Positions 1 to 8,989 of a stretch of DNA of 64,000 bases are shown here, in pieces. The stretch lies in assembly GCA_965226495.1 (NCBI GenBank), contig OZ245365.1, positions 2,112,001 to 2,176,000 of the forward strand. Reading direction: 5' to 3'. Position 1 is the first letter of the stretch. Each line of letters opens with the position of its first letter. The notes under the pieces are model-generated. The model searched no databases, was not told the origin of the DNA, and saw only the letters and a program-made list of their open reading frames with translations. The DNA is from Candidatus Marinacidobacterales bacterium (lineage in GTDB: Bacteria > Acidobacteriota > Vicinamibacteria > Marinacidobacterales > DATDRI01). The translations under genes and the position numbers were made by a program.

Positions 1-1
1 G

Positions 2-550
2 ATCAACACCACCAAGGGAGGATACGGTGGCATCGGCGGCAAGTACACCAAGGCCGAGGCGACCATCAATATGCGCTTCATCGACACCACCACCGCCGAG
101 CGGCTGGTTGCGGTATCCGCCGACGGTAACGTGAAGAAAGGCGGCGGTGTCTTCAAGGGCGCGAGCCTCAGCCGCGAAGCCGAATGGGGCATCGCCAGCG
201 AAGCTCTGGAGAAAGCGGCTTTCGCCGTGGTCAAGGAGTTCAACAAGAAGAAATACGCTTCGCGTTTGAGTCCGGGTAGTGGCGCCGCCGGAGGGGGCCA
301 AGGGGCGGTTATTAAAGTCGAAGGCGACCGTGCGTGGATCAACATGGGCTCGATGTCCGGCTTGAAGGTCGGCGACACCTTCAAAATCATCAGCGTCGGT
401 GAATCGCTAGTAGATCCAGAGACCGGCCAGGTGTTGGGCGTCGATGAGACCGAGACGGGCCAAGGCGAGGTGGTCGACGTCAAGGAGCGGTTCTCAATCA
501 TGAGCTTCAGTGGCGCGGCAAAAGCTAAGGACGTCGTTCGCAAACCCTAG
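2..550 (+). CDS. CsgG/HfaB-like protein with FlgT-C-like beta domain (5' partial)
   Basis: Frame open from the window edge (INTTKGGYGGIGGKYTKAEATINMRFIDTTTAE, typical of the CsgG-like core); C-terminal INMGSMSGLKVGD...DPETGQVLG motif. Confidence 0.6.
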   Translation: MNTTKGGYGGIGGKYTKAEATINMRFIDTTTAERLVAVSADGNVKKGGGVFKGASLSREAEWGIASEALEKAAFAVVKEFNKKKYASRLSPGSGAAGGGQGAVIKVEGDRAWINMGSMSGLKVGDTFKIISVGESLVDPETGQVLGVDETETGQGEVVDVKERFSIMSFSGAAKAKDVVRKP

Positions 551-688
551 CTGGGTAAAGGCACTGGGCGCGTCTTGTTTCGATGCTCGCTCGGCTCCTT
601 ACGCAATGCCTCGCCGCTCCTCGCGGCTCGGCCGGCCGCTCGGGGATTGCACCCTTCGCGGCGGCGGAAGGCTCTGCCTCGCTCGCGG

Positions 689-783
689 CCCTCGCCCTTC
701 CGTTAGTGGCGTGGGGCCGCACCCCCAAGGCCTCATGCTTCGTCGCTTGACGCGACTACGCATGGGCTCAAGGCTGTGCTCGG
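689..783. repeat. Dispersed structured REP-like repeat (copy also at 45791-45885)
   Basis: Shares ccctcg..ttccg..gggccNcacccccaa..atgct.cgtcgc..cgcgact.cgcatgggctcaaggctg.gctcgg with 45791-45885. Confidence 0.8.
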
Positions 784-915
784 GCTTGTGTCCGGCCGAA
801 TCGTCCGCATTTTGGCTGCTTCGAAGGAATGAGATGTCCCGGTATCACTTCGAAGCTATTCCCTCCCGGGATAATTCACTTGTGCCGTATCTCACTAACC
901 ATTCCTCCTGGCCGG

Positions 916-1968
916 ATGACTGACATTCAATTGCGTTTTCTCGCTGGCAAGCGTCGGGGGGAGACGCTCGGTTACTCGGAGGCGAAGGTGCGAATCGGCC
1001 GCAGCCGTGACAACGAGCTCGTGCTTGCGGAGTCCGAATCACCGACGACCAGCGGGCATCATGCGGAGCTGGTTCGTAGGGACCGGCGCTGGTGGCTCAC
1101 CGACCTCGAGTCGACGAATGGCACCTTCGTCAACAGCGTTCGGTTGGTGCCAGGGAAGCAGGAAAGACTAAGCAACGGCGATCGACTCGGCTTCGGAGGT
1201 GCACCGATCCTATCGGTTGTACTTTCGCAGCGGTCGCTTGCACTACCGCTCGCCGCGCTGGTTGTGGTCGTCATCGCGCTTGGATTCTTCGGTTACCGCG
1301 GGTTGCGGCAGGCGAACGAGGGGTTCCGGCCGACGGTCCCGTCGGTGTCGCGATCGGTTTATCTAATTGCGCTGGAACAAGAAGACGAGCGGAAGGTGGT
1401 GGCCTCCGGCTTCGCCATTGGCTCCAACGGGTTGCTCGCCACGACCGCTCATGTCGTGGAAGAGCTCGAAAAAAAGGGGGCATTCTCGACGGATGGTCAG
1501 GCCCGTGCGATTGCGATTCTGACTGATGCGGCTGCGAAACCGATTCCTATCTTGGAGGCGTACTCCCACCCTGGGTACGAGCCCGGAAACTTCGATAATG
1601 ACGTAGCGCTCCTTCAGGTAGTGCCCGGCCCTCCTTTGATTCCGCTCCCGTTGGCCGAGCAGTCCGATTTGGACAAATTGGGCCGCGGTGTACGCATCGC
1701 GGTGTTTGGTTTTCCGGCCCTCTCAACTGATGCAGCAAGGCCGCGGGCCCGGCTCATGGAGGATGTACTGGGCGACGTGCGGGCCAGCAGATATCTGGAA
1801 ATCGGCCGCGGCATCGCTGCCGGCATGAGCGGCAGTCCCATCTTCACTCAGGATGGCATCGTCATAGGAGTCGTTGTGGGAGGCGACTTCGATGCTCCCG
1901 GCGGAACCGGAAGTGGCAACTGGGGTTTGTCAGTCGCTGCCCTGCGGGAGATGCTCGACAATCGGTGA
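916..1968 (+). CDS. FHA domain + TM helix + trypsin-like serine protease
   Basis: FHA motifs IGRSRDN, SGHHA, STNGTFVN; hydrophobic segment; catalytic triad TAHVV / NDVALL / GMSGSP; ATG at 916 chosen as start. Confidence 0.85.
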   Translation: MTDIQLRFLAGKRRGETLGYSEAKVRIGRSRDNELVLAESESPTTSGHHAELVRRDRRWWLTDLESTNGTFVNSVRLVPGKQERLSNGDRLGFGGAPILSVVLSQRSLALPLAALVVVVIALGFFGYRGLRQANEGFRPTVPSVSRSVYLIALEQEDERKVVASGFAIGSNGLLATTAHVVEELEKKGAFSTDGQARAIAILTDAAAKPIPILEAYSHPGYEPGNFDNDVALLQVVPGPPLIPLPLAEQSDLDKLGRGVRIAVFGFPALSTDAARPRARLMEDVLGDVRASRYLEIGRGIAAGMSGSPIFTQDGIVIGVVVGGDFDAPGGTGSGNWGLSVAALREMLDNR

Positions 1969-1975
1969 GCGGGTC

Positions 1976-3871
1976 TCAGTTAGCTCGCTTCGACCAGTAA
2001 GAGAGTATCGTTTCGGTGAGGGTGTCACTCACGACTCGGGAGCGTTCATTGAGCCGCTCGCGACCAAAACGGGTATCGAAGCTGAAGACCTCCGGCGGCG
2101 GCATGTTTAGCGGCTCACCGAATCGCGGCGCCTCGGCGGAAGCCTCTATGGAGTAGGTCCGAACCACGAAGGTGGAGCCGAACTGTTGCTCCGTTCTCGA
2201 TTCGATCTCTTCGGTGTATATCAAGAGAACGATCTCCGCTTCGGCGAGAGGAGCAACGGGTAGCCCGGCCCGTTCGAACGACTGCTGAAGCGCGCTCTTG
2301 AGCGAGGAGCACGCGTCGGAGAGACCCTCACAGCGATGGTGGACGGGCGGACTCGATGGAACAGGAGGTGGTGTCGGTTGCACCGGAGCAGGAGAGCCCG
2401 CGGGAGGGGAAGTGGACGGTGCCGGCTCAGCACGGGCCGAGGTGCTGCTCGTAGTCGTCGAAGCCGGTGTGACGAGCGTTTGCAGCGGCGCGTCCGCGGG
2501 GGCGGCGCCTGCATCGATGGTTTCGGCAGGTGAAGCCGGCGGTGCCATCGCCGGGGTGCCTTGAGGTGCTTCCTCTTCTATGTCAGGTAGGGCAGGCGAA
2601 GCGGCGGCTTCTTCGTTCTCGGTCCGGTCTTTGAAGAACGTTCCGATGCCCCAAAGAGCTAGCCCGCCGATTGCGAAGAGCAAAAGGGCCACGAGCCCGA
2701 TGAAGATCGCGAGGCCTTTTCTTGCAGGCTTCGGTGCCCGGGCGACCTCGGCGCTCGCTCGCGGCGCCGCTCGTACTGTCGGCTGGGTCGAGGGATTCGA
2801 GGCCAACCCACTCTCGGTTGTTGTCTTGGCGCCGGTCGCGTCATTCGCAACAGGCGTAGCAGGCGTAGCAGGGGTGGGGGAGGTTTGGACAGTCTGCTCC
2901 GGTGATGGAGGGATCGGTGGGAGGCGGGACTCCACACTAGGATCCCCGGGCGCGGACTCCGCGGCGGCCAGTGCCTGCCCAAGTTCCTCCGCACTCTGAT
3001 AACGTTTGTCCGCCTGCTTTTCCAGGCAGCGAAGAACGATCGCTTCGAGTGCCGCATCGAGGTCCGGCCGGAGCTCCCTAAGAGGTCGCGGTGTTTCGTT
3101 GAGATGCTTCACCAATATCGCCGGGATCGATGTGTCGTTGAATGGAACCTGCCCACCCAACATCTCGTAAAGAATGATTCCCAACGCGTAAAGATCGCTA
3201 CGGCCGTCTACCGCGGTGCCTTGAGCCTGTTCGGGCGACATGTAGTGAGGCGTGCCCAACACAAGTCCGGTCGACGTCAAGGCCGGTCCCTCGCTCTCGA
3301 ACATCTTGGCGATGCCGAAGTCCAAGAGCTTGGGTTGTTCTCGTCCATCACCGTCTTGCCAAACCACGATGTTTTGCGGTTTTAGATCGCGGTGAATGAT
3401 TTGGTTGCGGTGTGCGAGAGACAAAGCGCTATTAATCGCCGTTGCGAGGTGCACGGCTCGGTCCCGTCGAAGCGGTCCTTCTTTCTTGACCAGCTCCTTC
3501 AGACTAATCCCCGGCACGAGCTCCATCGCGATGTACAGCGTGCCGTCCTCGGTTTGTCCGAGGTCGTGGATGGTGACGATGTTGGGGTGGTTCAACTGAC
3601 TGGCGGCTCGAGCCTCTCGAAGGAAACGCGCGACGGTGTCTTGGGCCGTGACCAACTCCGGCTTGATTAGTTTCACCGCGATCGGTTTCTGGAGCATCAT
3701 GTGGGTGGCACGGTAAACGGCTCCCATTCCGCCCGTTTTGAGTAACCCGTCTATGCGGTACTTTCCGGCTAGCACTTCTCCGATCGGGGCATTCGTCAAG
3801 GGCGTGGCGTCCTTGGGGCATACGCTAACGCCGGGATCGAATCGGTCGCCACATTTAGAGCAGATGAGCAT
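1976..3871 (-). CDS. Membrane Ser/Thr protein kinase (PknB-like) with N-terminal Zn-ribbon-like segment
   Basis: GGMGAVY, AVK, HRDLKPQN, DFG, GTPHYMSPE; N-terminal CSKC..CPKD; TM helix; Pro/Ala/Thr-rich linkers. Confidence 0.92.
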   Translation of the reverse strand: MLICSKCGDRFDPGVSVCPKDATPLTNAPIGEVLAGKYRIDGLLKTGGMGAVYRATHMMLQKPIAVKLIKPELVTAQDTVARFLREARAASQLNHPNIVTIHDLGQTEDGTLYIAMELVPGISLKELVKKEGPLRRDRAVHLATAINSALSLAHRNQIIHRDLKPQNIVVWQDGDGREQPKLLDFGIAKMFESEGPALTSTGLVLGTPHYMSPEQAQGTAVDGRSDLYALGIILYEMLGGQVPFNDTSIPAILVKHLNETPRPLRELRPDLDAALEAIVLRCLEKQADKRYQSAEELGQALAAAESAPGDPSVESRLPPIPPSPEQTVQTSPTPATPATPVANDATGAKTTTESGLASNPSTQPTVRAAPRASAEVARAPKPARKGLAIFIGLVALLLFAIGGLALWGIGTFFKDRTENEEAAASPALPDIEEEAPQGTPAMAPPASPAETIDAGAAPADAPLQTLVTPASTTTSSTSARAEPAPSTSPPAGSPAPVQPTPPPVPSSPPVHHRCEGLSDACSSLKSALQQSFERAGLPVAPLAEAEIVLLIYTEEIESRTEQQFGSTFVVRTYSIEASAEAPRFGEPLNMPPPEVFSFDTRFGRERLNERSRVVSDTLTETILSYWSKRAN

Positions 3872-3876
3872 GCAGC

Positions 3877-3905
3877 ATGTTAGGACGCAGCCGCCGCGGG
3901 GTCAA
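3877..3905 (-). promoter_or_regulatory. Putative sigma70 promoter giving a leaderless kinase mRNA
   Basis: TTGACC-N17-TAACAT on the minus strand, with the ATG 5 nt after the -10 box and no SD sequence. Confidence 0.45.
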
Positions 3906-3929
3906 GTGAATGAGGGCGTTGGGTGTAAG

Positions 3930-4589
3930 CTAACGAGAAACACGGATTCCGAACTGGATGTAGCTCGAATTAATGCCAGGATTGACCGTCGACAACGAGT
4001 TGTTGGAGAGGTGCTGGACTCGATACTCGAGTGAATAGGCAAGACGGGGTTTGTGGAACCACATGACGCCGAGCCCGAGCTGAGTCGTGAAGTTGAGATG
4101 GCTCGACTCGGCTGGAATTGGATCTACCGAGACCAGGGTGCCCAATGCGAAGGAGAGAAAAGGCTTCACTTTTGATGCGGGGGCCATGTAGTGGCGAAAC
4201 AAAAGCGTGAAGGTAAAGCCGTAGGTGGTTGGGTCTTGAAACATGAGGAACACCGGGTAAATTTCCCCTCCGACCTCCATATGCCCCTTCATGAAACGCG
4301 GCCCGATCGCGTTGGTGAAGATTCGGCCGTGTTGCCCTCCGAGCACGAGAAACTGTCGGTCCGCTACGCCGCCAAAAACCTCGTGAGCGATGCCGACTCC
4401 GGCCACTAACCCCCATTGTCGGTCGCCTTTTCGAAGTTCGCCCAGCCGTCGATCGTCACCTTTCGTATCTACGTTTGCCGATGCGGAGTCGGGCTCGGTC
4501 GTTTCTTGGGCGGTGCGAGCGTCGACCGTCGCTTGCGAAAAGGCAAGCGCGAGAGACAAACTGGCGATGATCGTTCCAACCCGCGACAT
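3930..4589 (-). CDS. PagL-family lipid A 3-O-deacylase / acyloxyacyl hydrolase beta-barrel
   Basis: Signal peptide; NFTTQLGLG, QHLSNN and NPGIN motifs near the C-terminus. Confidence 0.8.
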   Translation of the reverse strand: MSRVGTIIASLSLALAFSQATVDARTAQETTEPDSASANVDTKGDDRRLGELRKGDRQWGLVAGVGIAHEVFGGVADRQFLVLGGQHGRIFTNAIGPRFMKGHMEVGGEIYPVFLMFQDPTTYGFTFTLLFRHYMAPASKVKPFLSFALGTLVSVDPIPAESSHLNFTTQLGLGVMWFHKPRLAYSLEYRVQHLSNNSLSTVNPGINSSYIQFGIRVSR

Positions 4590-4696
4590 AAGTCGCCGAG
4601 TTTAGCATGGTCACGGAGACCGGGTTCGCAGGGGAAATAGATTTGGCGGCGGGTGCCTGAGTCTTCTATCATGCCGCTCGGAAGGAGTGAGTCCGT

Positions 4697-5737
4697 TTGA
4701 TACGCGGTTTCTTTCACGCCTGGGAAAGGCGTTTGGCGGAGAAGGACGACCCCGAGCGAAGGGTCCTGCCTTTCGCCTGGGGGACTGAGTTTTTGGGAAA
4801 TGGCAAGATCTCGGGAGCCGAAGCGAGAGACTTTCTTCATCGGCATGTCGAGGAGGCGCTTGTCGAGACCGACGCCTATTTTCCGTCGGTGTCCGTTTCG
4901 GACTTCCGTTTGCAGGACTCCGAGCTCACGTTCTCCAGCCCTGTCGAGACGCGATATCAAAAGAACAACGTGGCACGGGGCACTTTCTTCCCGGCATCGC
5001 ATAAGGGGCCGGCGGTGATCGTGCTTCCTCAGTGGAACGCCAAGGGGGGAGCACAGACTGGATTGTGCCGACTCCTGAACCTTTTCGGGTTGACGGCGCT
5101 TCGGTTGACCCTGCCATACCACGGCGCAAGGATGCCCGACGAGCTCACTCGGGCCGACTACATGTTGAGTCCAAACCTGGGGCGCACACTACAGGCGTGC
5201 CGCCAAGCGGTACTAGAAGCGCGCGCAGCGATCACGTGGCTCGAGGAAAAGGGCTATGGCCCCATCGGCATAATCGGAACCAGCCTGGGTTCTGCGATCG
5301 CGTTCATCACAGTCGCACACGACCAACGGCTTCGAACAGGAGTGATGAACCATGTCTCACCGTATTTTGCCGACGTCGTTTGGCGAGGCATCTCCACGCG
5401 GCATGTGCGACAGGGTTTGGAGAGGGGAATCGATCTCGAGGAGCTTCGGCAACTTTGGCTTCCTATCAGTCCCCGAAGCTACTATCAGCGACTTAATGGG
5501 AGCGGACGGAAGGTGATGCTGGTCTACGCCCGTTACGATCTGTCGTTTCCGCCGGACGAGTCAAGACGACTCGTGTCGGACTTCGAGCGTTTGGGCATCC
5601 GCCACCAGAAGCTCGTCTTGCCTTGCGGTCACTACTCGACCGCGAAGTTCCCGTTCAACGTCGTGGACGGCGTTGCCATGGCTCGGTATTTATCTAGGGC
5701 TCTAGAAGACAAAAACCCAGACAGGATGACAGGATAA
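4697..5737 (+). CDS. Alpha/beta hydrolase (ABHD18-like)
   Basis: Nucleophile elbow GTSLG, LPYHGAR, C-terminal PCGHY. Confidence 0.75.
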   Translation: MIRGFFHAWERRLAEKDDPERRVLPFAWGTEFLGNGKISGAEARDFLHRHVEEALVETDAYFPSVSVSDFRLQDSELTFSSPVETRYQKNNVARGTFFPASHKGPAVIVLPQWNAKGGAQTGLCRLLNLFGLTALRLTLPYHGARMPDELTRADYMLSPNLGRTLQACRQAVLEARAAITWLEEKGYGPIGIIGTSLGSAIAFITVAHDQRLRTGVMNHVSPYFADVVWRGISTRHVRQGLERGIDLEELRQLWLPISPRSYYQRLNGSGRKVMLVYARYDLSFPPDESRRLVSDFERLGIRHQKLVLPCGHYSTAKFPFNVVDGVAMARYLSRALEDKNPDRMTG

Positions 5738-5804
5738 CCAGGATAAAGAACAAGACCCAGCCGCTAGTACTTTGTCTTATCCCGTAAATCCTGCTATCCC
5801 GTCT
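5719..5804. repeat. Imperfect palindrome of three (c)aggat units (REP-like / bidirectional terminator)
   Basis: agacaggatgacaggataaccaggataaaga pairs with tcttatcccgtaaatcctgctatcccgtct between convergent genes and is followed by a T-rich run. Confidence 0.6.
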
Positions 5805-5827
5805 AATGTTTTTCTTTTTTGGGGCGG

Positions 5828-6451
5828 TTAGAAGTAATAGCCGAGGCCACCAAAGATCCTGCGGGTACGCCCATGCCACTCACCGCCCGGTACCCACCAG
5901 CGCATATCGGCTCGCACGGACACGTTGTAGAGAAAGTAATAGTCGAAGCCGGCACCGAAACTGAACGTCGGCTCGGTGTCGATCGTCCGTTCGTCCTGCT
6001 CGATGGTGCCCGTTTCGGCGTCGAAATTGGTTCTGACGAGGTCACGTCGCACCATGCCGCCGCCTCCTAAGATATAGGGGTGAAAGGGTTTACGGCGACC
6101 AAAGTGATAGTAGAGCGTTCCGTCCAGATGGTATCGGTTCTGTTCCAGCTGGACCTGAGCCACTACGGCGGGGTTTGTCTCGAAGATGAGCTCGCCACCG
6201 GGGCCGAGGGTGAACGCTCGGGACACGTTCGTGAAGTCGAAGCTGAGTTCCGCGGTCACTTTGTCGTTGAAGCGGACGCCGAAAAACCCTCCCAAGTTCG
6301 TGCCGCGGCCCAGATCAAAGTTGGGATTGAAGAGCGTTGCGAAGCCTCCTCCTCCGCCGACGATGAACCTCTGGCGTTGCTGCGCTGCCGACTCACCAAG
6401 CAAGCCAACGAGCAGTAACGCCGCTACCAGCGGCCAATGAAGTCTTGGCAT
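5828..6451 (-). CDS. Outer membrane beta-barrel protein (OmpA-TM/porin-like)
   Basis: Signal peptide MPRLHWPLVAALLLVGLLGESAAQ after an AGGAGG RBS; amphipathic strands; terminal YYF. Confidence 0.8.
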   Translation of the reverse strand: MPRLHWPLVAALLLVGLLGESAAQQRQRFIVGGGGGFATLFNPNFDLGRGTNLGGFFGVRFNDKVTAELSFDFTNVSRAFTLGPGGELIFETNPAVVAQVQLEQNRYHLDGTLYYHFGRRKPFHPYILGGGGMVRRDLVRTNFDAETGTIEQDERTIDTEPTFSFGAGFDYYFLYNVSVRADMRWWVPGGEWHGRTRRIFGGLGYYF

Positions 6452-6613
6452 CAACACCTCCTTACGGGATTCTAGCAATTCTTTAGGCCAAACGGGGGAT
6501 AGCGTGTCCACTGCGGGTGCCTTTCCTCGAGCGCGTAGTTTGACCAGGTGGGGCCGGCTGGCTAAGATGGGGCGCCTGCGGAACGGAGAAATACCGAAGT
6601 ACGAGGAGTGTGT

Positions 6614-7543
6614 ATGGGGTCCCACTGGATTCTTCTGGCGTTCTTATTCGGAGTCGCCAGCGCGGATCAGACAAAGGAAGATGCGCGCGAGACCGAACGC
6701 CGCATCATCACCTACGTCAAGGAAAACTTGAAGCCGGGCGAGCCTCTGGTCTTGTCCGAACTCTACAACGAAGTCTTCACTTCTCCCGAGGAGCGAGAAG
6801 TTCTGAGCCGACTAAACGGTGTGTTTTTTCGAGTCCCGTTATACGTCATCGAGTATCAAGTCGGCCATGGCGGCCTTCCGACGCTCCAGGATATTTCGGA
6901 CCGGTTCGACTTCTACGGTCCCGAACAGTCCGATGTGGTGTTGTCGGTAATGGAGTCCGATCCACGGGTGCCGAACTTCATACGCCGGGATCCAGAAACC
7001 GGTGAGATCGTCGAAGTGGATATTGACAAGATTAAAGGCGATCCGCGCTTCAACAAGGTTCTGGAGCGAACGCTGTCGTGGGAGGGAAAACTGGCTCCCC
7101 CCGTTTCGGGAGTCAGTTTCTCCGACTTCGGGGGTCGAGAGTTGAGCCTCGCTGCAATGAAGGGCAAGGCGGTTCTACTTTACGTCTGGTTCACCAATTG
7201 CCCACCCTGTGTCCGCATGAGCCCGGAGCTCGTCGGCATCCAGGAGGAGTTCGCGTCACGTGGATTCACCGTCCTAGGCGCTAATGCGGATCGTGTACTC
7301 GGTTTATCCTATGACGATCAGGCCAGGGCGGAGTATCTCGAGAGCCACGGCATCAGTTTCCCGAACTTCCATCTGTCGGAAGAAGGAAGGGCGGCGTTGG
7401 GCAATGTCAACATCTTCCCCACGATGTTTCTCGTGGATCCGGGCGGGACGATCATCAAGTACTACGTGAACTATCAGCCGCGCGATGTGCTGGACAAAGA
7501 CATCAACGCAGTGCTCGTTTCGACGGCGGCCAGCGGCCAATAG
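6614..7543 (+). CDS. TlpA-family thioredoxin/redoxin with unknown N-terminal domain
   Basis: Signal peptide; GKAVLLYVWFTNCPPC; FPTMFLVDPGG. Confidence 0.85.
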   Translation: MGSHWILLAFLFGVASADQTKEDARETERRIITYVKENLKPGEPLVLSELYNEVFTSPEEREVLSRLNGVFFRVPLYVIEYQVGHGGLPTLQDISDRFDFYGPEQSDVVLSVMESDPRVPNFIRRDPETGEIVEVDIDKIKGDPRFNKVLERTLSWEGKLAPPVSGVSFSDFGGRELSLAAMKGKAVLLYVWFTNCPPCVRMSPELVGIQEEFASRGFTVLGANADRVLGLSYDDQARAEYLESHGISFPNFHLSEEGRAALGNVNIFPTMFLVDPGGTIIKYYVNYQPRDVLDKDINAVLVSTAASGQ

Positions 7544-7582
7544 GTGCAAACAGCAGTCAGCGTAAATGGAGGAGGTCGAAAA

Positions 7583-8095
7583 ATGGGAGTAATAAAGGGA
7601 GTTCTCTTTCTTGGTGCCATGAGTGCCCTAATTCTTGCGCCGACCTACGTTCTTGGGCACGGGAACGAGCGAGGGGAGGCGAACGCGAATATCGAGGGTG
7701 GAGTCTTAAAAGTCGAATACGGCCGGCCCATGCTGAAGGGGCGTGACCTGATGTCCCAGATTCAGCCGGGCGCTTACTGGAGAATGGGGGCCGATAAGGC
7801 CACGACCTTCACCACCGAGGTCGACCTGATGATGGGAGGGGACCACAACATTTCCCACGGAGAGTACAAACTGTTCGCCAAGTTCGGAGGTGACAACAAG
7901 TGGTCTCTGGTTCTAGCCGAGGGCTCGGCGAAAGGAAAACCCGAGGGTGTGATCGCAGAGATACCGATGACGGTCATGAAGCTGGATGCTCCCGTCGAGA
8001 TGCTGACCATCAAACTGTCCGCTCAGGACATGCAGGGGAAGATGACCATAGAGTGGGACACCACGCAGATGGTCGCCGATTTCCGCACGTCCTAA
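7583..8095 (+). CDS. DUF2911-family exported protein
   Basis: VEYGRPMLKGR, YWRMGADKATTF, GEYKLF, EMLTI, IEWD; GGAGG RBS. Confidence 0.8.
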   Translation: MGVIKGVLFLGAMSALILAPTYVLGHGNERGEANANIEGGVLKVEYGRPMLKGRDLMSQIQPGAYWRMGADKATTFTTEVDLMMGGDHNISHGEYKLFAKFGGDNKWSLVLAEGSAKGKPEGVIAEIPMTVMKLDAPVEMLTIKLSAQDMQGKMTIEWDTTQMVADFRTS

Positions 8096-8113
8096 ACGGG
8101 AATCGACACGGAT

Positions 8114-8989
8114 TTGCCTCGATGCCCGTCTGAGTCTCCTTCAGTCTTTTTCGAGGGCCCGGGTCGCTGCCGCACCCGGGTCCTCTTTCTTTTCTCCGCC
8201 CTTCTTGCTGGGTTTGCGTTCGCCCGCCCGGCGGCGTCACATGACCTTTGGGTGCTGCCGGGGAAGTTTGTCATTGCGCCCGGGGAAAAAATCCGCGTTT
8301 TCATCAACTCCGGCGACGATTTCCCTGCGAGTGATTCGCTACTCGGCCGACATCGCATCGAGAGTCTTCGCCTTCATGCGGCCTCGGGGGAGACTTCACT
8401 TTCCGACTTCGTGGTTTCCGGAGAGTCCCTGACCGCCGAGCTCCTCGGCCCCGAGCCCGGAACGGCGATCCTGGCTCTTGCGACTCGCGCCCGCACGGTC
8501 CGATTGCACGCCGAGGAGTTCAACCAGTACCTCGAGGAGGATGGACTTCCGAGAATACTGGAGCTCCGAAAGAAGTTGGGAGAGATGAACCGACCGGCGG
8601 TAGAGCGCTATACCAAATGGGCCAAAGCGATCCTTCAAGTGGGTGACCGACAAGACCGCACGTGGTCCAAAGCCCTCGGGTTCAAGCTGGAGATCGTTCC
8701 GCAAACGAACCCATCTACCCTGCGGCGAGGGCAGTCCCTAGCGGTTGTGGTGCTTTTCGACGGGCACGCCCTCGCAGGTGTCGAGCTGACAGGCGGCTAC
8801 GCGGGCGTCGCTTCTCGGCGGGTGAAGACGGTGACCGATTCGGATGGCAGGGCGACCCTGGTGATGGAAGAGTCGGGCCGTTGGTATCTCCGCACGATTC
8901 ACATGCTTAGACTTGCTGACAACGGTGACGACCCAGAGGCGATTTGGGAAAGCTTCTGGAGCACTCTCACCTTCGAGGTCTCACCCTGA
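8114..8989 (+). CDS. DUF4198-family periplasmic protein
   Basis: Signal-like region ending ASHDLWV; YTKWAKA, LEIVPQTNP, TDSDGRA, STLTFEV; start uncertain. Confidence 0.8.
   Translation: MPRCPSESPSVFFEGPGRCRTRVLFLFSALLAGFAFARPAASHDLWVLPGKFVIAPGEKIRVFINSGDDFPASDSLLGRHRIESLRLHAASGETSLSDFVVSGESLTAELLGPEPGTAILALATRARTVRLHAEEFNQYLEEDGLPRILELRKKLGEMNRPAVERYTKWAKAILQVGDRQDRTWSKALGFKLEIVPQTNPSTLRRGQSLAVVVLFDGHALAGVELTGGYAGVASRRVKTVTDSDGRATLVMEESGRWYLRTIHMLRLADNGDDPEAIWESFWSTLTFEVSP

Noticed and set aside
510-923. 137-aa ORF, and the similar ORF at 45506-46003
   Set aside because: Both translate the shared REP-like repeat, so their peptide similarity comes from the DNA repeat
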